DNA from: Octopus sinensis
Taxonomy: Eukaryota
Length of the DNA: 64,000 nucleotides
NCBI RefSeq assembly: GCF_006345805.1
Contig: NC_043007.1
Span: 32,798,001 to 32,862,000 of the forward strand
Direction of reading: 5' to 3'
In this document: piece by piece, positions 13,438 to 26,870 of the stretch
How the letters are laid out: each line of letters starts with the position of its first letter
Numbering within the stretch: the first letter of the stretch is position 1
The notes under the pieces: model-generated
The model's database searches: none
What the model was told of the DNA's origin: nothing
The model's input: the letters and a program-made list of their open reading frames with translations, nothing else
Translations under genes and position numbers: made by a program

Positions 13438-15110
13438 CCAGTACCACTGCCGTAGTCTCCTTTAGAGAGACTTAGAAATATTAATATTTCTATTTATAAA
13501 TAAATATATATATATAGGGAGAGAGAGAGAGAGAGTGAGAGAGATAGGCAGAGACAGAGAGGGAGAGAGACCACAGTGTCATATGTGGTGGTGGTGGTGG
13601 TTGTGTTTATATTTTTGTTGGAGTGGGTAAAAGTTAGTGAAAAGGAAAGTCCCCACCCTGCCCCTTGTGCAGTTGATGGTCTGGTGGTGGTGGTGGTGGT
13701 GGTGGTGGTGCCAGAGCATGGTGGGAGACAAATAACTGAGACTAAGGAAGAAATACAGAGCAGGAGGGGAAAGAAAGAAAAAATTCCAAAACAAATCAAA
13801 AGCAAATGAGGTCAAGAGAGAGAGAAATGAATTTGAGAGAGAGGGAGAGTGGGAGGGAGAGAAAGGGAAAGAGAGACAAAAGGAGAGGGAGAGAGGGAGG
13901 TGGAGGAAGGAGAAAAGCAAACGGAAACGGAGTGAGTGAAAGAAAGATATTGATAGAGTAAAAAGTGAAAGAGAGAAAATGCGAGAGGCAGAGCAAAGGA
14001 CGGTGAGGTAGAGAGAATGGAAACTGAAAGGAGAGACATAGCATGCATGTGTGTGTGTGTGTGTGTATGAAAGAGCATTATGAACCATGAAGTCGTGAGG
14101 ACAATTGTAAGTTGGATACAAATCTAACATTCAAACGCACACAGTCCAAGATACAGAGTAAATAATCAGATTTCGTTTCAAGATCTGAAGGCAAGTGTCT
14201 TTCATTGCAAGGGTGTGGCTGGGTAGATACCTCTACTGTGTGTGTCTGTCTATCTATCTATCTAAGTCTCTATCTCTCTCTATCTATCTAAGTCTCTATC
14301 TCTCTCTATCTATCTAAGTCTCTATCTATCTATCTGTCTGTCTAAGTCACTCTCTCCCTATCTTTCTCTCTCCTTCTCTATCTGTCTCTCTCTCCCCTAT
14401 CTATCTATCTATCTATCTATCATATCTATCTATCTATCTGACCCCCTTCTCTATTTAGATATATATATAGACATGCTATTTATAAGGATGTAAGAACACA
14501 GATATAATAAGTGTGTGTATGTGTGTATGTGTGTAAGCAGACACAAGCTCTGCCGCCAGTGTATACATAATCCGGTGAGTGTATATGTGTATATGCTCAC
14601 AGATGGTGTACACATGTCAGAAGCGTCGCGAAATTTCTTAAACAAGTTGTGACAATGTGACACAAGAAGACATGAAACTACCAAGAAAGGAAATGGTGCT
14701 GGCACTGAGGAGGTGTGGGAAGAGGAGAGAGAGAGAGAGAGAGGGAGAGGCAGGGGTGACATAATTACAAGAAAAGAGGGGAAATGGTTGAAGGTGGCGT
14801 TGTACCATTAAATAGCATCACCATTGTCGCCATCATCTTTGTAAAGACAGACCAGGATGACCTGTCACATCCTTTGCGTTTCTTCAGTAAATGGTAGAAC
14901 TGGCTCCGTGCTTGTGGAAGTGACTTGAACTTATCTAGATCAATATATATATATATATACATATGCCTCTTTCTCTCTATCTATCTCGCTCTCTGTATAC
15001 ACACACACACACACACACATAAAATATATATACATTTATATGTATATATGTTCCACCCATGCTAGCATGGCATGGAAGGCAGACGTTAAGCGATGACGAT
15101 GATATACATA

Positions 15111-15141
<31 letters not shown>

Positions 15142-15450
15142 GTGTGTGTGTGTGTGTTATATATATGTGTGTGTGTGTATATATATATATACACATGTAC
15201 ACGTAAATGTATATATATACATATATGCATGTATGTGTGTGTATATATATATATATACATACACACATACATGCATATATGGATATATATATATATATAT
15301 GTATATATCTATATCTATGGATATATATAAATATCTATGGATATATATATACACACACACACACATACATACATACAATCATTCTACTGTTGTTGACACG
15401 TTTGCCCTAGGTTGTGTCTGTCTGTTTACAGTGCAGCATTTGAACTTGAT

Positions 15451-15567
15451 TATGAGCTAACCCATATTACAAAAGAGGGTCAATGCTACTATGAGCTAAC
15501 CCACATTACAAAAGAGGGTCAATGCTACTATGAGCTAACCCACATTACAAAAGAGGGTCAATGCTCT
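15451..15567 (+). repeat. 39-bp tandem repeat, 3 copies
   Basis: tatgagctaacccacattacaaaagagggtcaatgctac at 15451, 15490 and 15529. Confidence 0.9.
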
Positions 15568-15886
15568 CAGCCAAACCTCCTCCCTCCCTCACTCCCCTCC
15601 CCTCCCACCTTCACAAAGAATGTAGTAAAAGCAGGTTTGAGTACATTTTACATCACATGTGGCTAACAATAACAATAAAGATTTTAAAAAAGCTACATGA
15701 CGAATGCAGTCTACACCCTGTATTTGAAGACATTATAAACGCACAGGCACATTAAACATACCCCAATTTCAACTGTGCAGCCATGCCTCTCAGTGTTGTA
15801 TGCTATATTAAATTTCAAATTTCTCATCAAAATCACATTTTTTTGGTTTAAAGGAAAAGTGCATCTTGTAAACTATCCAAATATAA

Positions 15887-16010
15887 TACGAGGGTGAGTC
15901 AAAAAGTAATGCCATTTTGTTTAGGGCAGGTATAATTACCAACACAGGAGCATGTATCATACATCAAAATGAAGCTGGTCCTCCGTGAATCACATCCCTA
16001 CTTCTCAACT
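15887..16010 (+). mobile_element. Mariner-like terminal fragment
   Basis: TA-cgagggtgagtcaaaaagtaatgcc terminus. Confidence 0.45.
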
Positions 16011-17043
16011 GATCTCTGAATCTCTTTTCTGGGGGCAGCCACTTGGCCAGCCTGGAGCTACAGTGGAAGACACTTGCCCAAGGTGCCACAAAGTGGGACT
16101 AACTGAAAATTCATCACCAAAACCAAAAGAAATTCATTGTTTTTTTTCTGTTTTGTTTTGTTCTATATTTTATTTAGCAGTTTTTGATGCATCAAAACCT
16201 AAACTATTAATATTTTGTCAAGAAATTGAGACAAACAATTCATGTTACTTATAAATATTTACATTGTGTCAACCATGACCCAACACATTCCTGCAGCAGA
16301 TGTGTGAACAGGATGTCTGTAAACCCGGCTAACGTGGAATTTCTTGTGTGTGTGCATGCACGCATGTGTGTGTGTTGTTATTCCACTCAGGTGAACATTA
16401 GTCGAGCAAATATACGGTCAAAGCATTCCAGCCACGACTATCCTGTCTCTTCAACAACACCTAAGGCCTTACTGTTGAATATGATTTGACTTCAAACAGC
16501 ATCTGGTAGTGGGGTCCTGGTGTGGGTGTTTGAAGGTTTTGAGGAGTGTGGAATCATGGAATCCTTGCTTAGCCATTATCGTTCCCATGTCTGCACCGAC
16601 CCAGAGTAGAAGGACCTGCCAAGGTTCCAACAATGGCTTAATTGGTCACAGAATGGCTTTGGGATGAAGGCCACTCTCAGACTGCCCTCCCCCCAATATC
16701 TGTGTTTGTTCCCCATACTACTTAACAACTGGTGTTAGTTTGTTTACAGCCCTGTAAATTAGCAGTTTGGCAAAAGAGATCGATAAAATAAATACTATAA
16801 ATACTAGACATCAAAAATTAAGAACAAGGAATGATTTCCTTGAGTAAGCCCATAAACCTTTACAATTTAAACCAGTCAAATCCAGCCCAAATATTCTAAC
16901 TTGTTTTACAATCACACTAGCCAGATCCAGCCTCTCACACCTACCCTGCAATGTCATTCTAAAAATAAAGAATCACATCAACATAATCTTGAAGTTTTGA
17001 GATAATGCATAATTATTTGAAAAAAAGGGAATAAATAAACATT

Positions 17044-17209
17044 AGGAGTGGCTGTGTGGTAAGTAGCTTGCTTACCAACCACATGGTTCTGGGTTCAGTC
17101 CCACTGCGTGGCATCTTGGGCAAGTGTCTTCTGCTATAGCCCCGGGCCGACCAATGCCTTGTGAGTGGATTTGGTAGACAGAAACTGAAAGAAGCCTGTC
17201 GTATATATG

Positions 17210-17244
<35 letters not shown>

Positions 17245-17445
17245 TTGTGTGTCTGTGTTTGTCCCCCTAGCGTTGCTTGACAACCGATGCTGGTGTGTTT
17301 ACGTCCCCGTCACTTAGCGGTTCGGCAAAAGAGACCGATAGAATAAGTACAGGGCTTACAAAGAATAAGTCCTGGGGTCGATTTGCTCGACTAAAGGTGG
17401 TGCTCCAGCATGGACGCAGTCAAATGACTGAAACGAGTAAAAGAG
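17044..17445 (+). mobile_element. SINE family A, full length
   Basis: Same head, body and tail as the 1605 copy. Confidence 0.85.
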
Positions 17446-18599
17446 TATTACATTTGACAAAGTAATCTGAATGTGAAAGGGTTAAGGGTGGTGCTCCAGT
17501 ATGACCACAGTTCAGTGATTAACACAAAAGATAAACAATCTGCTCATTGAATTTAGATTAGTGGTTGAGTATCCCATGGAAACATGTACCCTTAATGTAA
17601 TTCTCAGGTAGAATCAGCATGACACAGAGTAACAAGAGTGGCCCTTTAAATTACAGGCACGGTCCATCTCTCTCGAACTCCTTACAGTATTTAGGGACCA
17701 CATTTGAAAACTTAAATCTTCAGATAATATGTCTCACTAAGCATAATAAAATGCAACCTTTTCATCATCGCCATTTAATGTTTACTTTCCATGCTGGCAT
17801 GGGTTGGACAGTTTGACAGGGTCCAGTGAGCTGCAGGGCTGCATCGAGGTCCACTGTTAGCTTTGGCATGGTTTCTATGGCACTAGTGAGGTCGCCAGGT
17901 AACTTTCAAGACACGAAAAGGGGAAAGCCCCTTCGCTAAATGGGTGAAGTATTTGAAGGGGAAGGAGGTTTTATGCCAGATATTGAGAGGCTAAGGTATG
18001 ACAGAGGAACAAACACAGGTGCCTTTCTGTAGAAAAGATACACGGTTACCCCATATTTTATAAGGGTAGGTGGGAGTAGCTGGAAAGAAGATTAGGGTAG
18101 TGATGGGATGGCAGAGGAAACTGTCAACAGAAGAGAGGAGGATAATGGATGGGGTGGTGGTTAGTTACATAAGGGTGTGAGGGTAGAGTAATATAGGGTT
18201 ACAGATGGGGGTGGAGGTGAATGTAGAAGGTGATAAACAAGAGTGAAGATGCAGTCAATGGGAAGTAACAGTATGGAAAGGGACCGGTTCAGGAAAAGAA
18301 CAAAGATCAAAAGAGTGAAGCTGTTGGTGACAGGAAGAGCATCCAGCTGTGCAAAAAAAAAAAAGTAATGTCCTAAATGGAAGAAAGAGACAGAAGAGAC
18401 ATGGACCCCTAAAACCCACAGAGTAGGGAGGCCAACTAAAAGAGCAATTAACATTGGATGAGACGCTGTTGAAGGGCAAAAGAAAGACGATTCTTTTTGT
18501 CTTACCACAGACAAGTTCTCTCCTATGTAGCACCACGATAAAAAGGTGGCATGGTGCTGTGAGGCCTATGCAACCTGTTCCACAATGGCAATCGGACAT

Positions 18600-19080
18600 A
18601 AAATGGTGATGATGATGATGATAATGGTGGTGGTGATGATGATGATAGTGATGACGATGACAATGAGGAAGATGACGATGTGGGTAATTAATGTAATAAC
18701 GCCAAGGATGATGATGAGATGATGATAATGGTGGTGGTGATGATGACGATAGTGATGACGATGAAAAGGACGATGACAACGATGAGGATGATGACGTGGA
18801 TAATTAATGTGATAATGCTGAGGATGATGATAATGGTGATGATGATGACGATGATTATGATGATGATGATAATGATGATAATGGTGATGATGATGATGAT
18901 GATAACGGCGGTGGTGAGGATGATGATGATGATAGTGATGACGATGAAAAGGACGACGACAACGAGGAAGATGATGATGTGGACAATGAATGTAATAATG
19001 CTGAGGATGATGATAATGGTGATGATGATGATGACGATGATGACAATGATGATGATGACAATGATGATTATGAAGAGGAG
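18600..19080. repeat. (GAT)n-based tract with higher-order repeats
   Basis: The block gatagtgatgacgatga...taat(ta/ga)atgt...ataat recurs three times. Confidence 0.9.
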
Positions 19081-21985
19081 GAGTCACAGTTTGAAAGCCG
19101 ATTATATTATCCATGCCAGGCATGTGTCACACCAAGCCGTACTACAATACCACACAATTAATATGGACAGCGGCATCGGTTCAATGCTGCATCTGCCAGG
19201 AATGTCTGCAAACTCATTATTTTAATTCATGTGTCTCCTTGAGAAAGCAGATATATATATATGTGTGGCAAGGAAGCACTCAAAGACAGCCGCATCCACT
19301 GAAAGAAACTCGAAATGAAAACGAACAATGCGACCAGATTTATAATGAATGTTCTAATTAGTTTCGTAAGGTTGAAACGAGTCCAAGAAGTCAAGAACTT
19401 GAAAACGTGTGTTCACATGTAGCGAGTACTTAACGATTAACATTAGAAAACACGGCTACTTATTATTATTAAATGTCATGCATTCACATGTAGGCATGGT
19501 GGAGTGCTGGAAAGGGAATGTCTTAACATGAGGTCTCAGGTTCAGTCCTTTGGCACGGCATCTTGGATAGGTATCTTGTATTATAGCACATGGCTGACCA
19601 AAGCTTTGTGAGTGGATCTGGTAGAGAGAAACTGGGGTACCACTTGTATATGGGGCAAAGCTAAAACTATGTGGGGAAAACATTTTGCACCCCTGTGCCG
19701 GTGGCACATAAGAAGCACCATCTGAATGTGGCTGCCAGCCCCCTGCCCCGACAGGCTCTTGTGCTGGTGACATAAAAAACACCCACTGCACTCTCAGAGT
19801 TATTGGCGTTAGGAACGGCATCCAGCTGTAGAAACATTGCCAGATCAGATTGGAGCCTGGTGCAGCCATCTGGCTTGCCAGTCACCAGTCATAATGTCCA
19901 ACTCATGCCAGCATGGAAAATGGACATTAAATGATGATGATGATGATTTAAAACTAAATTAGGGATGCGACTTATACATGAATAAATACAGTAGCAGGGT
20001 CATTAGAATACCTCACAGCATTTGTTTTGACTGTGTATTCTGAGTTCAAACCTGACCAAAGTCAACTTAATTGCATTGTTTCAAAGTTAATGAATAAAAT
20101 ACATCATTTATTGGAGAGCATTCAACTTTCTACTCTCTCTCTCTCATTCAAAATTTGTTGTGGCCCACAAAATAGTGTCCTGTAAACAAAAAAAAATAAA
20201 TAAATAAAAAAAAAGGAAGAAAGAAAAAGAAAACTGCCCAAAGGAAGACAACAGAAAACCACCATTGTAGCTATTCTTGTTGGAAAATGACAAAATGAGA
20301 ATAGTGTGACTTATACACGAGTAAACAGGGTAGTTTATCATCTAATACCTGTTTATACAACTTCATATAACCCAGTAATAGACGAGGGACAATGAAGAAA
20401 ATGCTATTCTCTGGCATAGCTAGACTGTGTGTCACTTGGGGTAGCCCTTACATTTGCCCCTTCCTTCTCCCATGCCTCTTATATAGGATTATATAGCAGA
20501 TTCAAAAGTGCTTCCCCCACAAAAGTGTTCCTCTGAGCAGACCTTAGCCCTCAGCTACATGATTGTTGCTTCTTCTTGTAGCTGTTATAAAGAGTATTTA
20601 GGGACATGTTAATCAGTACAGTCATAGATATATAAAAACTAGAATGCTTTTGATCATATGCCAACTCAATCAGGGCTTACCGAGGGCTAAACAACAACAG
20701 CGACCTCTGTAAGAGACAGACAAGAGAACCTCTAATGTAATCACTCAGACTGCCAAGAACAACTGTCAAATCTTTAAAATTATATCCTGTTATCTTAAAA
20801 AAAACACGGAAAGTACACACTGGATAATGGAATCCTAAATAGGCAATGCCTGAAAACAAGCATGGATAGTCATGGATGGAACGTTTTGTTTTTGACCAGA
20901 AGTGTATTCTTGTGAGGACTGATTTAGCTGAAACAACAGATCTGTAATGAGGATGGTTTCTGGCAACAAATAACACTGGTGAGTATGTTAAAGGGAAGGG
21001 GAAATTAGCCTTGTGATATAATATTTCTTTTTTACCAAGGCTATTAGTGGATATAAATGAAACGAAACAGCAACGTCAGCTAATTATTTTGTTTGGTTCT
21101 GAAACCATTTTCCTTTATTGTATTTATTAGTGGTGTTTGTATGGAACATTGTCGGCAACAGAGAGAATGTCACAATTATGTTTTGATTGAAGTCTGTCAT
21201 TAGTTTACTTACCAAATTACTTAATGATTCTAAATATCTTTTTGATATATTACCAGTCTCTCTCTCTCTCTCTCTCTCTCTTTTCCTTTCTCCCATTTAC
21301 CATTCTGTCTTTGTTCTTCAACACCATCCAACAAAACACTGACGCACAAAGCATTACCAAGAATAATTAGGAAACTAATTCGTTATTATAGCCATGAATT
21401 AAAGGGTACTTCATCCATCACTTCAGTTATTTTTACCCCAGTATCCTCATCGTGGTTGTCGTCATCATTTAATGTCCATCTTCCATGCTGGCATGGGTTG
21501 GACAGTCTGACAGGATCCAACCAACCAGGGCTGCACCAGGCCCCAATGTCATCATGCACGTGGTTTCTAGGGCTTGGCACCCTTCCTGATGCTTACCATT
21601 TTACAATGCTTGTTCTTCCTTCTCTAAATGGGGACACCCAGTAACTTGCAAAACGAAATAAAGAAAAAGGAAAAAGTCCCCTTCCACTAACTGAATATGT
21701 TTTTAAAGAGAACTGGGGGTGACTTTACACAAAGTGTAGGAGGTTAATATTGACAAAAAGCTTTGGTAATTTACTAGTGACACCAGATGTCTCCATTATC
21801 ATTGGTTCATATATTTGTTTCACAGCAATGTGTGTTGGTGTTGTCTGCTTTTCCCAGCTCTTTTCACATCCCTTCATGAATTCTTTTCTTTGAAAACAGA
21901 GCTTTTATGTCAAATAGTCTTGACAATTTAATTTTACAGATTTCAGTATCAAATTCTGAAACCTGGTTCTAATTTTTTTTAAATC

Positions 21986-22151
21986 AGGCGCAGGAGTGGC
22001 TGTGTGGTAAGTAGCTTGCTAACCAACCACGTGGTTCCGGGTTCAGTCCCACTGCGCGGCACCTTGGGCAAGTGTCTTCTACTATAGCCTCGGGCCGACC
22101 AAAGCCTTGTGAGTGCATTTGGTAGACGGAAACTGAAAGAAGTCCGTCTTG

Positions 22152-22194
<43 letters not shown>

Positions 22195-22403
22195 TTGTGT
22201 GTCTGTGTTTGTCCCCCTAGCATTGCTTGACAACCGATGCTGGTGTGTTTATGTCCCCGTTACTTAGCGGTTCGGCAAAAGAGACCGATAGAATAAGTAC
22301 TGGGCTTACAAAAGAATAAGTCCTGAGGTCGAGTTGCTCGACTAAAGGCGGTGCTCCAGCATGGCCGCAGTCAAATGACTGAAACAAGTAAAAGAGTAAA
22401 AGA
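21986..22403 (+). mobile_element. SINE family A, full length
   Basis: Same head, body and tail as the 1605 copy. Confidence 0.85.
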
Positions 22404-25092
22404 GTATACAGTAATCAACTTGTATATCTCGTCTGCCCTTAACATCATCACTCTCTTGTATACTTCATGTGATTTACATGATTGATGCTTTGTTGCAAAA
22501 GCTCCCTCAGCATTATCCGAATTGCAGTTAAGATTATGATGGTAGGCTTGATGGCAGACAATGATTAAATAGAGATACAGCCGGAAGAAAAAAAAAATGA
22601 TCATCACCCAGCTGTGTGGGGGACTGACATGTTAAAGAATAGACCCAACGTTTCTTCGTGTCGTAAAAGGTGACTAAAAGAGGCTGAGGTAGGATTTGTA
22701 CTCTGGCCTTGTAGATACTTGCCCAAGGGGCCCACACAGTGGGACTGAAGTCTAGAAATCATGCAGTTAGGAAGTAAAGATTTTTACAATTGTTTGTCTC
22801 TTATAATATAACACACTCACTGGTAAAATTTCCACTTTTTTTCCTTATTTTTATTTTCCTAAAATTTTCGTTGTATCTTAAAACTTTTTCAATAGTTTTG
22901 ACTATTGAAAAGTCAAGACTATTGAAAAAGTTGCAAGACACAACGAAAATTTTAGGAAAATAAAAATAAGGAAAAAAAGTGGAAATTGTTTGTCTACTTT
23001 CTGAATTTGTGAACACCCCACCCCTACCAAAAAAAACACACAATTGCAGTTTAGCATCAATAGTGGGGGAGTGGCAGGAAATAAATACAGGTGAGTCAGT
23101 GCAAACAATGGCTGCACGTAAAAGAGCAGTTGAGTCTCAAGGTAGACACATTACAAAGAGCAGTGTAGTTTGCTTGAAGTAAGCTAACAGGTGCAGGCGT
23201 GGCTGTGTGGTAAGAAGCTTGCTTCCCAACCACCTGGTTCCAGATTCAGTCCCACTGCCTGGCACCTCGCACAGTGTCTTCTACTATAGCACCAGGCTGG
23301 CTAGAGCCTTGTGAGTGGATTTGGCAGACGGAAACTGAAAGAAGCCCGGAATGGCTGTGTGGTAAGTAGCTTGCTTACCAGCCTCATGGTTCAGGGTTCA
23401 GTCCCACTGCTTGGCACCTTGCGCAAGTGTCTTCTACTACAGCCTTGGGCCGACCAAAGCCTTGTGAGTAGATTTGGTAGATGGAAACTGAAAGAAGCCT
23501 GTCAAATCTATCTATCTATCTATAATTTTTTGAACGGGTACAAATTTGATAGGAAGTCTTAATGGAAATTGTAGTGTACCTACCAAAACTGCTACTTTTA
23601 TGCTATTATGGTGATGAAGTCTGAAACGGAGTCGGAATTATTTACTTGAAGAATCTAACAAACCTCTCAGATTCCTTGAAATTTGCACGGTAGCCTCCAT
23701 TATTGATTCCGTGAGTGATAGCGGATATTTATATCAATCGGTACACAAACAGGTACAAAACAGCAGCAGATAGGGCTGCGTGTATTTTCATCATTTGATT
23801 CAAAGTGAGGACACAGCGCATACTCTTTTACTCTCTCTTTTACTTGTTTCAGTCATTTGACTGTGGCCATGCTGGAGCACCACCTTTTAGTCGAGCAATT
23901 CGACCCCGGGACTTATTCTTTGTAAGCCCAGTACTTATTCTATCGGTCTCTTTTTGCCGAACCGCTAAGTGACGGGGACGTAAACACACCAACATCGGTT
24001 GTCAAGCAATGCTAGGGGGACAAACACAAACACACATATATATATACATACATATATACGACAGGCTTCTTTCAGTTTCCGTCTACCAAATCCACTCACA
24101 AGGCATTGGTCGGCCCGGGGCTATAGCAGAAGACACTTGCCCAAGATGCCATGCAGTGGGACTGAACCCTGAACCATGTGGTTGTTTAGCAAGCTACTTA
24201 CCACATGTATATTTATGTCAACCGATGTTATGGGGGGGGGTTAATATCGGGGTCGCTAAAATAAAGTTCCAACTGAGCCCCTTCCCCTTAAAATTACTGG
24301 TATTGTATCAAAATTTGAAACCATTATTCGTAGAGGGTAGATGTAAGAAATTTCAAGTATTATCTGTGTTGGCAATTGAGTGATTCCATTGAAAATGAAA
24401 TTGGATGAGCTGCCCTCAATTCCAAACGGTGTTGGAATGATTAATATCTGGTGCTCAATATTCTGTGACCGTTTCTCAGAACTAATAAAATTTTCCCAGT
24501 GACATTTGCCATTTTGGAACAGCATACAAATGTGAATAAACACATCCATTCATGAAACTGATAAAAAAAGACCAAAATGAAGTCACGATCGACTGATTCA
24601 AATTTGAAGAATTCTCAGATGCTCTCATCATAAACTAATTTAAACTCCAAATATTAAAATTCAACAAATTTATCTCCAAATATTAAAAGCTTGTGGAATC
24701 AAAAACAGACTTAAATGTCTCATTAAAATAATATCTATACTTCTTTTTTCCTTTTCTCTCTCTCTCTTTTTTTTTTTTACTTGATTCAGCCATTGAACTG
24801 TGGCCATGCTGGGCATGGCTTTGAAGGGTTTTGGTTGAACGAATCAATCCCATTACTTATTTTATAAAAACCTGACACTTAATCTATCAGTTGTTTTTGC
24901 TGAAATACTAAGTTACAGGGACATAAACAAACTAACACTGGCTGTGAGGTGGAGGTGGTGGATGACAAACACAAAGACACAAATATGTACACACACACAC
25001 ACATATGTATATATAATATATGTGACCACGTGTGTATTGTTGGCGATTTTCTTTCTCCGTTTTCCCTTCCTTGGACCTTTCCTTTTCCTATG

Positions 25093-25125
25093 TTTCTGAT
25101 GAAGAGCTCCGCTCGAAACGTTAGA
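25093..25125 (+). ncRNA. Minimal hammerhead ribozyme motif
   Basis: UUU-CUGAUGA-A-GAGC(ucc)GCUC-GAAA-C-GUU-AGA. The core is intact but stem I is only 3 bp. Confidence 0.55.
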
Positions 25126-25859
25126 ATCCTCCTCCTTTCTTTCCTTTCCTGAGCGTCCAATAACACTATACTTGTTCCACATCCTCGCGTTGTTGTGTTT
25201 TCTCTTTGTGTTTTCATGTTTGGATTAACTATATATACACACACACATAGATACATACATGTGAGTGTCTGAGTGTGTTCCCCACCACTGCCTGACAACT
25301 GCTGTTGGTTTGTTTACATCCCCATAACATAGTGGTTCAGCAAGAAATTGATTTGTTTGACTAAAAGCCCCTCCAGACATTGCCCCAGCATGGCTGCAGT
25401 CCAATGACTGAAACAAGTAAAAGATAAAAGCCAAGAGAAAAATATCTTGATTCTTCAAAAGGACCATGTCACCATACAGGTTTCATGCCTAATGTTGATC
25501 CAGTTTCTCTGAGTATCATCAGGCATTTGACTAAAACACACTTTGGAATTTCCATTCTGAATAATTATTCCATTTTACTACAAAACCAGAACTATGTTTT
25601 TTTTTGTATTGAGTTGTCTCACACTCAATAAAGAAATGTTACCAAAACAGGATATTGTGTGAGAAAGAAAGTTGTTGCTGTGTGAAGTGAAGGCATTGCT
25701 TTTGTCGCAAAAGGCATTTCAGCTCCGTCTGTAAATCTTGGTATAAACGGGTGTTAATGGTTTATTAACCAGGAATATTTTCCCAGCACTTTCTTTGATG
25801 TAGGAGCATTAATCCATTACATCTTGTCTCTAAGACTAATATTACATGGCATGGTTTAA

Positions 25860-26806
25860 CCCTTTCGTTACCATATTTATTTTGAGATGTTCTGTGTTTC
25901 TTTCAATTACTTCAAATATAACAAAGAATTTAGTAAAATAATTTAGTTATCATTAAGCTAGTGTTAGGAACATAAATTGTGACTAAAGTTTGGTGGAAGA
26001 TTTTAATTCAAAACTTATGAAAACAAGACATTTGTACTCAGAGCCAGAGCCTGTTTCAGCCTGGTTGGTATCGAAAGGGTTAAATTAATCATTTGTTAAC
26101 CCTTTTGTTACCATATTTTTGTTGGGATGTTCTGTGTTTCTTTCAGTTAATTTTAGATATAACAAAGAATTTAGTAAAATAATTTAGTTATCATTCAGTT
26201 AGTGTTAGGAACAGAAATTGTGACTAAGGTTTGGTGGAAGATTTTAATTAAAAACTTATGAAAACAAGACATTTGTACTCAGAGCTAGAGCCAGTTTCAG
26301 TTGGGTTGGTACCAAAAGGGTTAAAAATATCATGGTGACTTTAACCCTTTTGTTACCATATTTCTGTTGAGACTCTCTGTGTTTCTTTCAATTACTTCAA
26401 ATATAACAAAGAATTTAGTAAAATAACTTCATTATCATTAAGCTAGTGTTAGGAATATAAATTATGACTAAGGTTTGGTGGAAGATTTTAATTCAAAACT
26501 TATGAAAACAAGACATTTGTACTACAGAGCCAGATGCAGTTGGGTTGGTACCAAAAGGGTTAAAAATATCATGGTGACTTTAACCCTTTTGTTACCATAT
26601 TTCTGTTGAGATGCTCTGTTTCTTTCAATTTATTTTAAATACAACAAAGAATTTAGTAAAATAACTTAGTTATCATTTAGCTGGTGTCAGGAACATAAAC
26701 TGCGACTAAGGTCTGGTGGAAGATTTTAATTCAGAACTTATGAAAACAAGACATTTATACTACAGAGCCAGAGGTGGTTTAACAGCAGTGTTGGATAATG
26801 AAAGGT
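25860..26806 (+). mobile_element. Four tandem piggyBac-type MITEs (about 220 bp each)
   Basis: Each copy reads TTAA-CCCTTT...AAAGGG-TTAA. Copies are at 25860-26079, 26100-26320, 26345-26559 and 26584-about 26806 (last end degenerate). Confidence 0.85.
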
Positions 26807-26870
26807 TTATCTCAGTTCTTTGAAATATTAATTTCTATCAAATCAATGAATGACATATAATTAATGCATT

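Noticed and set aside
14601-14704. Minus-strand exon-like segment (PAPFPFLVVSCLLVSH...) vaguely like ZIP9 APAAFGLVSFLMH
   Set aside because: The phase is wrong, similarity is weak, and the polypyrimidine tract comes from a (GA)n microsatellite.
18566-19225. His-rich, Met-rich and Asp-rich ORFs
   Set aside because: Microsatellite artefacts of a (GAT)n tract.
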